Source: Lama glama
Taxonomy: Eukaryota
Assembly: GCA_028534125.1 (NCBI GenBank)
Contig: CM052816.1
Coordinates: 80,416,001-80,480,000, forward strand
Direction of reading: 5' to 3'
Length of the DNA stretch: 64,000 bases
Part shown: positions 49,708 to 63,589 of the stretch, one piece after another
Numbering within the stretch: the stretch's first letter is position 1
Layout of the letters: the number at the start of each line of letters is the position of its first letter
Notes under the pieces: generated by a model
Seen by the model: the letters and a program-made list of their open reading frames with translations, nothing else
Told to the model about the DNA's origin: nothing
Database searches by the model: none
Program-made: the position numbers and the translations under genes

Positions 49708-51249
49708 CTGCATCTTTTACTTTTCTCTCTGAATTTCTGCTGATTTGTTTTTGTTTTTCTTTTTTCCTATTTTTGGCCTCTGAGGATTTACCTCCTTTTT
49801 TAACGCTATAAGCATTGTTAGGGGCTTAATACTGGGAGAGTTTTTCAGAATATCTAGTTTACTATATTGAAGTCTTGGGTGGATATCTTAAGTCATTTGG
49901 GAATTTTTGAGTTGGTTTTTAAATGGCATGCAGAAATCTTAAATATTATAATAACATTAACAGTCGTGCATTAGAATTAGTTAGCATACCAGATCCCTAA
50001 GCTCTGATATACTGTAGAGGGTGGGCATTGTTTACAGTTTTGTTCTAATTTAATGGAAATTCAGTGAATTGAAGATTCTAAGCAACCTCCATACCGAGTC
50101 TAAAATGCACCGTTAGTTTTCCCTGGCTAACAGCCAACTGTCTTGGTACAACCTGCCTGAGACTTGCTTTGAATTTGACCACCTGATTGCTTTATGATTA
50201 CAGCTACTCCACAGTGATCCATGCTTTGCTTTGCTATGAAGTAGTTAACCTTTTAATTGTTGTTCTGTACTTTTTATTTTTTGTCGTAGTGAAGGGGCGT
50301 ATTATTTTTGATTACCTGGTTTCAGAACTGGTGGGAGGCTTGGCACAGTGCTTCAAGCTTTTACCGGTGAGAGGAATGAGAAAACTGTATGAGGAAACTG
50401 GGGGAAATACTTCACATGTGACTGAATGGGAAGATAAAATGGTAACCCAGTTAGTTTTGTTGGCTTAGTAAAACCCAAGACAAGACACTAGGAGCTCAGA
50501 GCATCAGGCATCTCAGCACAGTCGCTCTGTTTTTCTGGGATGCTCATTTATCCAGCTGAAAGCCTTTATTCATTAGCTGGACCTCACCATGGTAATTCCT
50601 TTCTTTGCATTTTCTCAGAATTTGACAATTTTTGGACTCATATTTAGGTGCATACATTCCCGCCCCACAAACAGGAACCAGCTTCCCTGGGAAAGAGGGC
50701 ATCTGCTTGTTTTTACCTCCCCCAGGACGCTCTGCGCTGAGCACATGCTGTCAGAGTGGCCAGGACTTCCCTGAAGTTTGGGTAGAATTCTGGAAGGCAG
50801 AGAGCACTGGGGAGTGCTTGCTAGGCGGGGAAAGGGATTTGGATCAATACGAACAAAGGACCAGTTTCAACGAAAACACAATTCTCCTGCAGGGCAGAAA
50901 GTCCCAGTTTTGAAGGAGTACTGTGTAAGATGGTAGCCATTAAGCTCCACTTCACTTCCCAGAACCCTATGGGGAAATGTGCAAGGTGTCTTGATGGGTA
51001 GTAGCCCCTGGCTCTGCCCCTGGTCATCCTGGAGCTTCCATGTGCCTGGGGAGGGCCCAGGAGGAGGCTTATTCTATTCTGCCCAACCTTCTGGTTCCTC
51101 CTGCCACCTGCAGAGACTGAGACAGCTGTCTGATGGCTCCATCCCACTCTGATCTGCTCACCACTGGAGCCTCAGTGTCCTAAGAAAACAGTGATACTGT
51201 CCCTAAAAAATTGAATGACTCAGTCTCAGCTTCAAAGCTCTGTGTGGCA

Positions 51250-51955
51250 AACAAGTTCCTGGTGTGGTTTTTCTTCTTCTATTCATGTCTTTAGTCAACC
51301 CACATTACCAAGTCTTATCATTTCTGCCACCTAAAGAGTTTCCTAACTATGTGTGCCTTCGGCATCATAACCTCTCACTTGGATTACTGCGAAGTCTCCC
51401 TGCCCTTGATCTTTCTCGTTAAAAGTCAGGGAAGTACTTCTAAAACCTAAACTAGATCATCTCTCTCTCCCATGCCCAAAGCCGCCTGTGAACCCTTAGA
51501 ATAAAGATCCAGCTGTTCAGTAAGTTTTAGGATCTCCTTCTCTGGGTGACATCTGCCTTTTCTCTGGTTTCATCTCATCACTGCAACTGTAGCCTGTGCC
51601 ATCCTGGTGTTTATTCCTCAAAGATACTTTGCTTTTCATTGTACTTAGGCTCCTTCTTCTGAAACATGTTCTCCCCAGGGCTTTACTGACTTTCTTCTGT
51701 CTGTCTTTAGGACTCACACATGTCTTCCTTTAGAAAGCTTTCTCGACCGTACCTCTGTCTGCATCAGGTGCCTCTTAACATCAGCTACTTCCCCTGCCAC
51801 AGGCTTGACCATATGGTGACTATCTGTCTGTATTCTCCTCTGGGCAATAAGCTCAACAAGGACAAGAATCACATCTGCTTATTCACATATGTGTCCCTGA
51901 GATCTGGCAGAGTTCCGGGCCAAGGTAGGATGTTGAACGTATAAGTATTGAACTT
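51250..51955 (+). mobile_element. L2 fragment
   Basis: ctctcacttggattactgc...tagaataaagatccag...aataagctcaacaaggacaagaatcacatctgcttattcac. Confidence 0.7.
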
Positions 51956-52619
51956 ACTGGCCACCTGTGCTGCATTTGGCACCTTTGGGGATGCTTATAT
52001 TTTGCCTCTATGGAGCCAGTTTAATCCATGAGAATACCCACACCTTCCTGAAGGAATTCAGTGGGTACTCTGATGTCTTGCTGTTGAAGAGGAACATGCA
52101 AGACGAAGAAGTGAAGGCTGGAGTCGTGGCCAGAGGTTGTAGCTGAAAACAACTACTTCACATTCTTATTCTGGAAAAAAGGAGAGGATGGATGGATGGA
52201 TGGATAGACAGATAGATAAGAGAAAGCAAGTGACATTCATTTACTCAACAAGCTCCTACCCTGTGCCAGGCACTGGGGATGTGCTTGGTGAATACAATAT
52301 AGACCAGGCAGGAACAGAGAGTGGGGGAACCCACAAGTAGGGAAGAGGTGGTGTGCTCTCTCAGTGGAGGTAAAGAAGAGCAGGTGCCTTGGGAGATAAA
52401 CATGTCAGAGAGGACCAAGTCAGTCACCTGCGGCCGCACTAGCATGCCGAGTGCTAGTCTCTGAGCCTAGAGCCCACGTGATTTTCAACCTCCTGATAGG
52501 AATAGAAAGACAAATTCCCAGCTGGTTCACTAGGCAAATTTCTGACATCCTTCCAGCCTCATTTCAAATGCGACTTCCTTGTGAGGGCCCCACCCCCATA
52601 TGGACGACCCTAAAAGGAG

Positions 52620-53115
52620 TGATTGGCCCTGTCCCCAGCTCACTCCGAGTCTCCATGTGACTCTGGCTGACTTCCACCTTCCCTCCTACCATTCTTCCCC
52701 CTCCTTCTCTGCCTCCCAGGGGTTCCTTGATGTGAGCTAACCCCAGGGCCTTTGCACTCACTGTTCCCGCTGCTTAGAACACTCCTCCCCCAGATTTCAT
52801 ACTGGCTCGTTCTCTCACGCTCTTCAGATCTCTGCACAAAATCACCCAAGCCTTCCTTGACCACTGAGTAAGATGGCTTTCTCCATGTCACTTTGTAAAC
52901 CATTTATGCTGCTTTATTTCTTTTCACAACCCTTATCATGATGTGATTTATCTATTTATTCATTTATTGGTTTATATTCTATCTCTCCCTAACTAGAATG
53001 TAAGCTCCATGAGGGCAAACACTTTATTGCTCTTGAACTCTGCTCTATCCCCACTGCCTTGGACAGAGTCTGTCATAGTGTTGAATGAATGAGTGAGTAA
53101 ATAAATGAGTGAATC
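52620..53115 (+). mobile_element. L2a-like 3' fragment
   Basis: ccagggcctttgcactcactgttccc...actagaatgtaagctccatgagggca...ttgaatgaatgagtga. Confidence 0.85.
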
Positions 53116-54015
53116 ATAGCTTCATTAATGATTATCCTGTTGGACTTGCATTGTGTTTCTGCCACTAGACTCATCTTTATATCCGAAGTCTCAGGGACAC
53201 TTGTATCCTAAGTACCAAGGCCAGTGTTGGCTGCGTAATAATTATTTATTTGATGAATGTCTGTCCATTGAATGAGCGAATGATGTGTATTTGCAGTGGG
53301 GTCTTGCAAGTGTGAGCAGATACCCATTGTACCTGGACCAAGGGACTAAGCCACCCAGGCGTGCTCGGAGTCACCGAGGCAAGGCACGCGTGTTCTTTTG
53401 GCAGCAATGAATGTTAACTTCGTGTTTGTCCACAACTTGATCAATGCCAGTGGTTGGGAAAACAAACATTCCCCCCCAGCACAGTCCCGTTTCTGTGCAG
53501 CAGCTGGAAGTCTTATAAATAACTGCAAACTTGTTTCTTTATGGGGAAGGAAGTTTACTTGGTAGATTGGAAATTAAATATTTGAGGAAATTATTGATGA
53601 CTTTGTGGTCTAAATCCTCTCCTCCAAAGGCCCAAGAAGAGGATCCCTAGGGTGTTTTCTGGGCCAATAAGCCAAAGATTAGAAGGTTCCAGAGTTACAT
53701 TTACATTGGTTTGTGTGCTATTGATTGACCTTATTTCTTCAGAAATTTTACTTTCGTGCTTCCTCTGGACACAGCCCTGAACATTCCAAGAGGGACCCTG
53801 CCCCCGTGAACTTATGGGAGGAGAACTTAAAAATTATAAAGATGGTGTAGATGAGCACTGTTGCTGTAAGAGTGTCTAGAAGAGGAACTTGATGTGATCA
53901 GGAGGGTCAGAGAAGGCCCTTCGCGTAAGGAGCCTTAGACAGGGTTCAGATACTTCGGGAGCCGTCTTCCCTGAGGTCACGTCCACACAGCATCCAGCAT
54001 TTGAGGAAGGGTGCC

Positions 54016-54382
54016 TGTTAGCGATTAAATTGTGCCCCCCTCCCCAACTCATATGCTGACGTTCTAACCCTCGGTACCTCAGAATGTGACTGTATTTTTG
54101 GACATAGAATCTTTCAAGAGATCACTGAATTAAAATGAATTAAGGTGGCCCCTATTCTAATATGAGGAAAAACAGGAGGACATTTGGACACAGACAGACA
54201 CAGAAGGAAGATTGTGGGAAGATACAGGGAGAGGACAGCCATCCACAGGCCAGGGAGAGGCCTCAGAAGAAACCTACCCTGGTAAAACCTTGATCTTGGA
54301 CTTCAAGCCTCCAGACTCGTTAGGAAATAAATGTCTGTTGTTTTAGCTGCTCACCCTGTGGCGGCCCTAGCGGATGAGCACA
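54016..54382 (+). mobile_element. MaLR solo LTR (MLT1B-like)
   Basis: aaattgtgcccccctcccc...tacctcagaatgtgactgtattt...gaggcctcagaagaaacc...ttgatcttggacttcaagcctccagact. Confidence 0.9.
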
Positions 54383-56152
54383 GCAGCTGTGTGTCAGCCT
54401 GCCTGCACAGCCACCCTCCAGTTCTTTGCAGCTGCGGGCGGTTAGATACGCTGCCTGAGCAGCTGAAGATTGCACAGTCAGGTTCGGCCGGGGCTGGCTT
54501 TGGGGCTGGCGTGTGACTAGTGCGCTCTCCCAGGGCCTTACTCAGGAGAGGCCCGCGACCTTGCAATTCTTAATGGCTTTATCTTTGAATCAGTGCCTTG
54601 CAGGTGAAATCTGGTGGCGTGACGGAGCATGCGCTGTGGGCCTGGAGCCTTGGCTCTTATGTGTTTCTTCCTCTCGCCACTGGGTTCTTGGCCACGTTCT
54701 TCCTGGCCCCTCGTGCCCCAGTCCTCTTGGCTTCCTCCTCTGCACTGTGACACCACTTCTGCTGTGACCCTGCCTGGGCAGTGACTAGGTTGCACTGGGG
54801 TCAGTGGGGAGGCCTGTGTTCCATGGCTGCCCTCTGCCCCCCAGCGGGAACCTGGGCACACATGGGAGGTCCAGGATGGAGTGTGTGTCCCACAGAGCCC
54901 GAGGTGAGGTGACAGCGGTCCTCCCCATCCCACGCTGGCATCTGGCAGGTGGCTTGGAGGAAGACTGCTCACCGCCTCCCATTCAGGGACTGGATGTATC
55001 CCAGTGTGGTGTTTGCAGCTCCTTGGGGGTCGCCCGTCTGCGGTGGGCTGGGTGGTGGGCCATGCGAAGGAAAGATTGACAGCCCTGCCCCTGGCCGGGG
55101 CCCCTAAGATTCATTTTGTGCTGCCCTCTGCAAAGTCGTGTAGCTGGCCTGGGTTTAGAATTGCTTTACCTCCAAAAAATTTAAAGGGAATCTGACACGT
55201 ATTAATGCTATGCCTGAGATTATCGTTTCATGAGCCATAGATGGAAAACTATTATTACAAATCATTATTTTTAGTTTTGCCCATCGATTGGCAAACAAGT
55301 TTTACATTTTTCGCTTTTCACAGTAGAGTTTACAGTGAAATGGCCTGGAGATCAGGAGAACCGTGTTCTCTGCCTCCTCTGTCATTCTCTAACTTGGCTA
55401 AGTTACAGGAACCTGGCTTCTGTTCCCTCATCAGTAAGATGAAGGGGCTGGAGGATCTTAGTGGATTCTTTCAACTCTCATGCATGATGAGTCTACTTCT
55501 GTTTCTATTCTACAGTGTCTAGAAACAAAGCAGTGATGACACTCCTCATTCATACCAGTGTGGTTTACCTTGACAAGGGGCTTTGTACACACTGGTGTCT
55601 CCCTTAAACAGCGAAGATCTTGACCCATCTCTCTGATATCCCTAGGCCCTGGCTCCCAAGTGCTCTCTCCTTTGGAGTCTTCTGCCCTCTTTACACCTTG
55701 GCCTGTCCCAAACTCCCACACCTGACACAGAAGCACAGGCTGCTTCTCCCGTCACCCTTCCCCAGACCCGGGGGGCCAGCCAGCACCAGCGTTTCCGGGA
55801 CCCTTAAGCTGGGGCTGCAGAACTTCAGAGTCGTGAGTCAGCGGATGTGTCTGGTCCATCATCATGAGTCAGAGCATCAAAGGGAAGGAGTGGCAGTCCA
55901 GAAACTGAGTCTGGACCGAAGATCCTTAATATCTGGAAAAGGAGAGAGGCGAGAGTATCATGCTGTAGCAAGATTAGAGGACTTACTCATCCAGGCCTGG
56001 CTCCACTGCACACTCACATACATACACACATTTCTCTTGAAATGCAGTGCTTAGTTAAAAAACAAATAGTATGTTTAAGTGATGTCAAATACAATGGGGC
56101 TGTTATTCTGAGTTCATGACCTCATATTTTAGCTACATTCAGCCTGAGTAGG

Positions 56153-56174
56153 GTGTGTGTGTGTGTGTGTGTGT
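56153..56174. repeat. (GT)n microsatellite
   Basis: Directly visible. Confidence 0.9.
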
Positions 56175-57839
56175 AGGTATGTTTGAACACACCTGTCACA
56201 CACTTTTGGCTCCAGGAGGCAGAGACAGCTTGCTCAGCTGTGATGACTCAGGATTTGATGGACGTTCTTTCCATTCTCGTTAAATATTCCACGCTGAAAG
56301 CCCAACGTATTCTCTTCATCAACAGAGGAATTCTTTGTTTAATTTAACTGAGAAGGGAGAGTCCAAACCCCTCAGAGAAAAAAGAAAAGGCTCCCCTTGC
56401 TGAGAAGTCGTGTGAAGAACAGAGCCAGTGTCAATGCTGCCAGGAGCCGGCCGGCACCACGGCTGCGCTTCCCCGGGGAGAGCTCTGCTGAAGTTACACA
56501 GAAAGGGGCAAAGGGCTCATGTGCATGAAGCCACCTCTTCACCCACCTACCCTCCAGAAAACTTTTAGTCGGGAGTCAGCCCTTCTTACCAGCTCCTCTG
56601 GAGCCCCAAACCTTGGTCCTTTGGTGCTTTCTCCCAGCGGGGTCAGTGAGCACTGAGATACTGAGGGCTGGCTCCATCCTTCCTCGGCCAGCTCAGCGCC
56701 CCGATGCAGACACTGCCCGGCAGTGACTCCCGCGCTGCGCACACCGAAGTGCAGGAGACAGGCAGCTGTCAGCGCGCATCTGCTGGGAAGATCCGTTGAT
56801 ACAGTATCTGCAGTGATGAACCATCCCTAACCGAGGGACCAGGTGGACGACTTGATGCCTGAGAGAAGAGAGCCAGAAGCTTTTTTCCTCGTTAGCTCTG
56901 CCGGGCTTCAGATCTCTTTTGATCTCATTTCTTCGAGGAATACGCAGGAGATGGGCCAGATTGGGAGAGTCAAAGGTACTTTTAATTTGCATGCCTTCTA
57001 TTTCTGGGGAACAGTCCCAGTCAAAAGCAGATGATTAAGGTTTGGGGAGAAGGGGAGCAAAAGCTCCCTGATAGGAGATGTGCTGTAATTCAGGCCTGAG
57101 AAACAAAAGATCAAAGTCCCTGGACAGAGCAGTGGTTTGTCCTGTTAATGACTGTGGCTCCAAGAGTGACATGAATCTGGCTGGTGAGAGAGTGGGCCAT
57201 GGCCTTCTGAGGGGAGAGGCTGTTATCAAAACCCCAGTGGTTCCATCTCGCGTGTCTTCCGCTGGCACCATATTGGGGCAGGAGACTCTGTCTCCAACAG
57301 AGCTCAGCATGGAGACTCGGGGATCTTTCTTCAAGTTTCAGGGAAGTTCGTTAGGGGTCTGGTTTTTTTGTTGACCATGTCTTTGTCCACATTAGCCTGA
57401 GTTCAAGGTGAAGCCTTAGCAGCTGAACCAGGCACGTCTGAATTCCCACTAGCTGACCGGCCTTTGGCGAGTGGCTGTTTTCCTACTCCAGTTGCATCCT
57501 GTTGCTGTTTTCTCATCTGTAAGCCGTGGATAATGAACATTTCCCACTAAGGTGGGGTAGGGGTGGGGCCATTGGGAGCCACAGGCTCGCAGTTCCTGAG
57601 CTGCAACTCTGTTCCAGAGACTGCTGGAAACCAAAAGCCTTCTGGTAAATGTTCAGCAGACTCAAGTGGGGGCAAAATGTGACCTGCATTGACGTGGGGC
57701 TGTATGATTTTCATGCATCCTGGTTGGTTGAGACTAGCTGTACTTTTAGCTGCAGAAGTCTCCTTGTGTTCAATGTCAGGGTACTGCCCTAGATCCTGCT
57801 GGGGATGTTCAGTAATACGTGGTATGTGATCCAAATTGC

Positions 57840-58050
57840 TTTTTTATAAATTTGTGGCCAAATACTCAAACCATAAAATCTAACATCTTACCCGTTTTTA
57901 GGAGCGCAGTAATGTTATGTACATTCATAGGGTTGGGCGACCAATTTATAGAGCACTCTTCAATCTTGCAAAACTGAAATTCTATACACATTAAACAAAT
58001 CCCTCTTTCCTCTATTCCCAGCCCCTGGCAACGACCATTCAACTTTCCAA
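57840..58050 (-). mobile_element. L1MB-like 3' end
   Basis: tcttgcaaaactgaaattctatacacattaaacaa...cccagcccctggcaacgaccattc. Confidence 0.8.
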
Positions 58051-59489
58051 ATTACTTTTATAATTGCAAAAATCCTGAGTTCCAGTGCACATCTGGTCCC
58101 AAATGTTTTGGATAAGGGATTGTGGATTTTTTTTTTTTTTTGGATTGTGGATCTTCATGAAGGAAGGGGGAATGGCCAACGTTTGACAGAGTCGCCACCT
58201 GTGAGGCTTTTGGTTTCCAGCAGTCTCTGGCCTTCCAGGGGTCTTTTCTTGACAGCACTCGGCTTCCCAGCATCCGGTGCCCATGTGAAAATGACTGCAG
58301 AACATTGAGGTCAAGTGCCACTAGGTTCTGACTAGTAGCAAAGAGAGTATGGGCACCAGGGTGCAGTGCCTACAACACTCTCCTGTTTTTCTGTCGTTCC
58401 CTTGATCTCACTCTTTTCCAGGAAGTCAAGGGGCAGCTGGTGGTGGCATCAGCTTGTTCACTTCAACCCGTGGAGCGTGATACAGGATGCTCTCACAGTG
58501 AGAAGGTGTTCAAGCCTGCAGGCAGACTGAATTTGTGGGGAAGGTGCTGACAGCCCACTGAGACCTTGCTGGAGACCTTTGAAGCTGGACTTCTGCGATT
58601 TGTAACACTCTCCAGGCGTGTCATGAAAAGCAATAGGTCTGACTTTTTCTCTGTTAGTCCCTAGCCGAGCTCGGCATGGAGACCTGCTCTGGGTCATGCT
58701 CTCTCTAACTGGAATGAATTCATTGTTTACATGTCTCTGAGAGTGTGGGAGGGAAGGGCTGTTCAAGGTTATCATTGGAAAGTCCGTCAGTGACCAGGCA
58801 TCGCTGTTGGAATGTCTGCTCCATCCCCACCAGCCATTTCGTGAGCTTCCTGGGGGGAAATGGAGAGGCTGTTCTCTGCAGGAGGCTCACGCTTTCTCTC
58901 CCAGTTTGTAATCTCCAGGGACAAAAGTGGATGCTTGAAAAATTGGAGGCCCATGAGCACAAACATTCAGAACATGGATAACTCCTGATAAATATGGACA
59001 AACTTAGTACCAGAACTTCCACTTTGGGGTTATCTAAAATGTACGAAGAAGTATTTGCTTTCAAAGCAGATTACATTAATTGGGATGTCTTTATCATCAT
59101 CATTATACTGTTCTAAAGAAAACTGTAAGAAATCCTCTGTTCACCGCGAAACAACACTAGAGAACTTTTCATGTTATCTGGCCCTGGAAAAACCACAGAT
59201 GATCAGTTTCCAAACATCAACATGGAACATTCCGAATCCACAGTGACCAGGATGCCCCCTGAGCGCCAGAAGTTTGGGATCAGCTCCAAAACAGGTTTCC
59301 TGTCCTTAGTGGCATTGCTGCCAGCATCACTGCCACCATGTGGCCTGCACTGGACACCAGCTGACCTCTCAGTCACCGGAAGTTAAGGTGCACTTTCCCG
59401 ATGAGGGCATTAGGCAGCAGGGACCTTAGGAGGAGTGAGAAGACAGGTGTGGGGTGGGGAACAGAGGGACCAAGACCAGGAATTAGTCT

Positions 59490-59672
59490 TGAAATCTGGA
59501 CCACAGGCCAGATTCAGCCTGAAAGCTAAGAATGGATTTTACATTTTGAAATGGTTGCATTTAAAATGGTTGTACAAGTCCTCATATCGTATCCTTGATT
59601 TTGCCCCTTGAGCCTCTAAGCCTAAAGCATTTACTTTCTGGCCATTTCATTAAAAAACTTGCTGGCTCCTCA
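59490..59672. mobile_element. MER58B-like hAT-Charlie element
   Basis: agctaagaatggattttacattttgaaatggttg...aagcctaaagcatttactttctggccattt...ttgctggctcct. Confidence 0.75.
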
Positions 59673-59679
59673 TCAAGGC

Positions 59680-59868
59680 CAGTGGTTCTCTAAGTGTGGT
59701 TCCCAGACCAGCAACAACAGCATCACCTGGGAGCTTGTTGGAAATTCACATCCTCGGGCATCACCCCGGATTTACTGAGTCAGACACTCTGGGAGTGGGG
59801 CCCAGTGTCTGTGTTCTGACCGGCCCTCTGGACAGTTGTGATGCAGCCTAAAGTTTTAAGAACCACCA
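59680..59868. mobile_element. MER5A MITE, near full length
   Basis: cagtggttctctaagtgtggttcccagaccagca...catcacctgggagcttgttggaaat...taaagttttaagaaccac. Confidence 0.9.
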
Positions 59869-61014
59869 ATGGAGACTGCCAGCACCATCATTCATGAGTT
59901 CATTGATTTATTCCTCAAAAAAAAAAAAAAGAAGACCTGGGGCAAATGACTTAACCTCGGTGTGCTGGGTTTCTTCACCAGGAAGGGTTATTGTAAAGAT
60001 CTAAAGAACTAAAGCGTGTGCAATGTATTAAAGTAAATGCTCAGTGCATGTTAGTTGTTCTTTCAAATTTATTGTTATTAAGAAACATTTTGTTAGATCT
60101 CAGGCCAGTTGAAAATCAAGAGAACCTACCAGAGACCTGCGATTTTACTAGAACTCGTTAAGGTACCATGCAGCAAGGCATGCCCTGGAGGAAGTCAGAT
60201 GCCAGTTTCGAAATTGGGAGCCAAGGTTCTCCAGACCCCGTCAGGACCCATGGGTCCTCCTTCAGCCGGGCTCCGGGGCGTTTCTCCAGCTCTGACCAGG
60301 CATCCCAGCTGCTCTTCCTTCCAAGGAAGTGCCCTCCCAGCCTCCTTCCCCGGCTTTTGGCGCAGGGTCCCATCCCTCACCCACCCTGGACAGAAGCACA
60401 CATGCTTCAGTCATGAGTCACTCTCAGGACATCGGGCTCTTATATAAGAGTCACGCTCAGGGGATAGGGTTGGGGTGGGGAACTGTAAAAGCTGTACATG
60501 TTGGCAAGGTGAACTGGATGTGTGATACACGTTAGCTGCTGTGGTTGTTACAGTTTTGTAAGTTTGTAATTGTTATTCAGAAATAACATGGTGGCTAAGT
60601 CTCAAGCTGGTTCAAGTCAAGAGAAGCAGAACATTCTCTTGGTCAGCTGAGGTTTCTGGCCGATGTGGCTGCTCCCTCGAGGGCTTTGGTTTCCTGTACT
60701 GGGCTTTGCTCCCCTCTGACCCAGAAGCACTTTGAGCAGTTCAGGCAGAGCCCCCCGGGGGGGGTCCCTCTTTGCCTGAGGAGGCAGCTTTCACTCCAGA
60801 GCCCCAGTCACAGAGTGATGGCTGCTTCGCTTGAGAGACAGAGGGGTGTTGGTCTGTGGTTGCTAGGAGGGGAAGCGGGCAGCATCCCTTGGATGGAGTG
60901 GAGGAGGGAAAGGAGGAAACCGGGTCTCTCTGCTGTCTCTGATGGTGTGACCACTGCTCAGGCACTGCTCAGCCATCTTTGCAGGCAGGCATCCTGATGC
61001 TAAGAGCTGAGTGC

Positions 61015-61044
61015 GAGAGAGAGAGAGAGAGAGAAAGCGAGAGG

Positions 61045-61076
<32 letters not shown>
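61015..61076. repeat. (GA)n(GT)n compound microsatellite
   Basis: Directly visible. Confidence 0.95.
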
Positions 61077-61077
<1 letters not shown>

Positions 61078-61559
61078 GATGGTGGTAGGAGAGTCCCAGA
61101 CTCTGACATCACATGGATGTGGGTGTGAAATCTTGGCACTGAGCTGCTCTGTGATCTCAGTTGAGTTTCTGAAGCTCTTTGAGCCTCATTGTCTTCATCT
61201 GTAAAATGTGTGTGGTTCTTGCTTGGCTAAGGGCTCAGTAGGTGCTGGCTTCTATTTTGGGGGCTAGTAACAGCTGTGACTCGCTGACGAGTCTCCTTGA
61301 CTATGTGTGGAAGGATGGCTTATGAAATGGCATTGATGACGATTCTCAGGAAACTCCAGCTCACGCGGGTTCTTGTGGTCAACCACAAAGCAGCTGGACT
61401 TGCATCATGCGTGGCCTTGTTGACATGCACTTGGAATTTAAGGACCCTGGTTGCCATGGCCACTTTCACTGGCTGAGACCAATCCACCCAAAGCTGATGG
61501 TCACTTCCCCCAAGACCAGCTGGTGATTAGTGTTGAAGTACCTCCCATGGGCCAGGAGG

Positions 61560-61750
61560 AATACTAACCACTTGAGAGCATCTCTTACTTAAGACTCATA
61601 GCTATCTTATGAGTAGGTGCTATTATCATCCCCATTTCACAGACAAGAAAACTGAGGCTTAGAGAGGTTCAATGGCTTGCCCAAGCTCACATTGCTAAAA
61701 GTAACAAATGTCTATTTTACTCTGAAACTTGTTCCACCATGCTCCAGGAC
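61560..61750 (-). mobile_element. MIR SINE
   Basis: tattatcatccccatttcacagacaagaaaactgaggcttagagaggtt...cttgcccaag. Confidence 0.85.
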
Positions 61751-61779
61751 TTTTCTATGATTAGTTGTCTTGAAAAAAA

Positions 61780-62770
61780 TTTCATGTGGCAATTTTAATC
61801 AATCAATAATAAATATAAATAATAAATGTAAAAATAAATATAAGTTATTTTCACCAGGAAAATACAAAATAATAAAATGAGGGAAATAAAACCATTCATA
61901 ATCACACAATCAAAAATAAGCACTGATTTGTGGATATTTTATTTATTTTCGAAGGTATGACATACGATATGACAATATAATTGAATTTAACATTGGATAA
62001 AAATATAATATGTTATAATATATAATGAAATATACAGTTGGGATGTATAAAATCTTTTCATGCAGCTTATACAGGAAAATTATTCCAAAGCAATTTTAAG
62101 GATTGCTGAAAACTCCTCTGTTGGGTAGGTCAAATTTTGTTTAACTGTTCTCCTAGTTTGGACATTTACATCTTTTTCCAAAATTTTGTTATAATAAAAC
62201 TCTGTATGATTATTATTTTTGTGTTGTGAATTTTGCCACCATTTAAAAATATTACTTTAGATTAGGTTCCTACAAATGAGTTACTGGAAATATTTCCAAA
62301 TATTCCCCAAAAGGCAATATGTATTCCTAAGGCAACATGTAAAAGTATCTGCTTACAGTCTTACCAGCATTGACTAATGTATATTTTTGAATCTTCTCTA
62401 GTTTTATATGTGAAATATGTTAGCTCATGGGTGCTCTAATTATTATTTCTTTGAGTTTTTGAGTCATTTAAAATTCTTCTTTAAGAATCACCTCTCCATG
62501 TTCTTTTGTCATTTTTCCATTGGATCATTAACATTTTTCTTAATAATTCATAAGAGAGCTTCATATACAAATATATAATACATTTGTTGTGTTTGTGAGA
62601 AAATACTTTTCCTGCATTTTACATTTTTGATATTTTTGACACCTAGATATTTCAGATTTTTTTGCTTGGATGTTTTTCTCTCCAGTTTCTTCCATGCCTT
62701 TTATGCTTACAAAGATCTTTCCCATCCTAGTATCAGATAAGTATTCACCTATTTTTTTTCTGGTCCTTTC
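61780..62770 (-). mobile_element. Highly diverged L1ME-like remnant
   Basis: AT-rich; ggacatttacatctttttcc, cttaccagcattg and ttttccattggatcatt motifs of old L1. Confidence 0.55.
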
Positions 62771-63589
62771 TTCCTGGCTTATGATTGGATTCGGAATGAG
62801 AAGAGAAGGTGGGTATATGGTATGTGCATTGCTGCTTCTGGCTCCTGGTGTCTGGGCAGACACCACTAATCTGTCACAGCATCCTGTCCTGCTCAGCCTG
62901 GATGCGACCCTAGAATATTTTTCAGTGCAGTTGCAGCTCTAGCCACGACCAGCCGGTCACTGTTGGAACATGAGATTATACCTCTTTGCCATCTCTACTG
63001 GAGAACAATTCTCTGATGTTGACAAGGATGAATAGTTTAAAAATCCTAAGCATCCTACAAATCTTGTGTATTTGTGGAAAAATGGATAGTCTTGTTCTTA
63101 ATAGCACACAGTCTAATAAGATGCACGCTTAACATTTCTCGATCAGGGTCACAAGCCATCTGCAGACTTCTGGCATCTTTCTGCTGGACAGCCTCTGCTA
63201 GGTCAGAGCATCTAACCCCTGTCACTTGTCCTCCCTTTCCAACTGGCCTCAAATCTGGATCTGTCAGCAGAGATCCTCAAGAAGGCGTTTGCTGTCTTCT
63301 ACTTTTCCTGATCTCTTAGGACTGGACCCTCATCTCAGTAGACATCACTGGCCCCCCTTTGGAAGCTGGATACCGTATCCCACCCTCTCCTGGCTGTCTC
63401 GCCTCATTATCACTCATGTCTTTTCAAGACATTAGGTAAGGACCATATCTAAGCATAGCTGAACGAAGCTTAGGACTGGGTGAAAAGGCAGCAGGAGCTT
63501 CTGTAACATATGCCTGTTGTCTTCACTGCTCGCCGTACTGTAGAGGAAAAGAAAGGTACCAAGCAGAAGGGAAACTGGTGTTTATTAAT

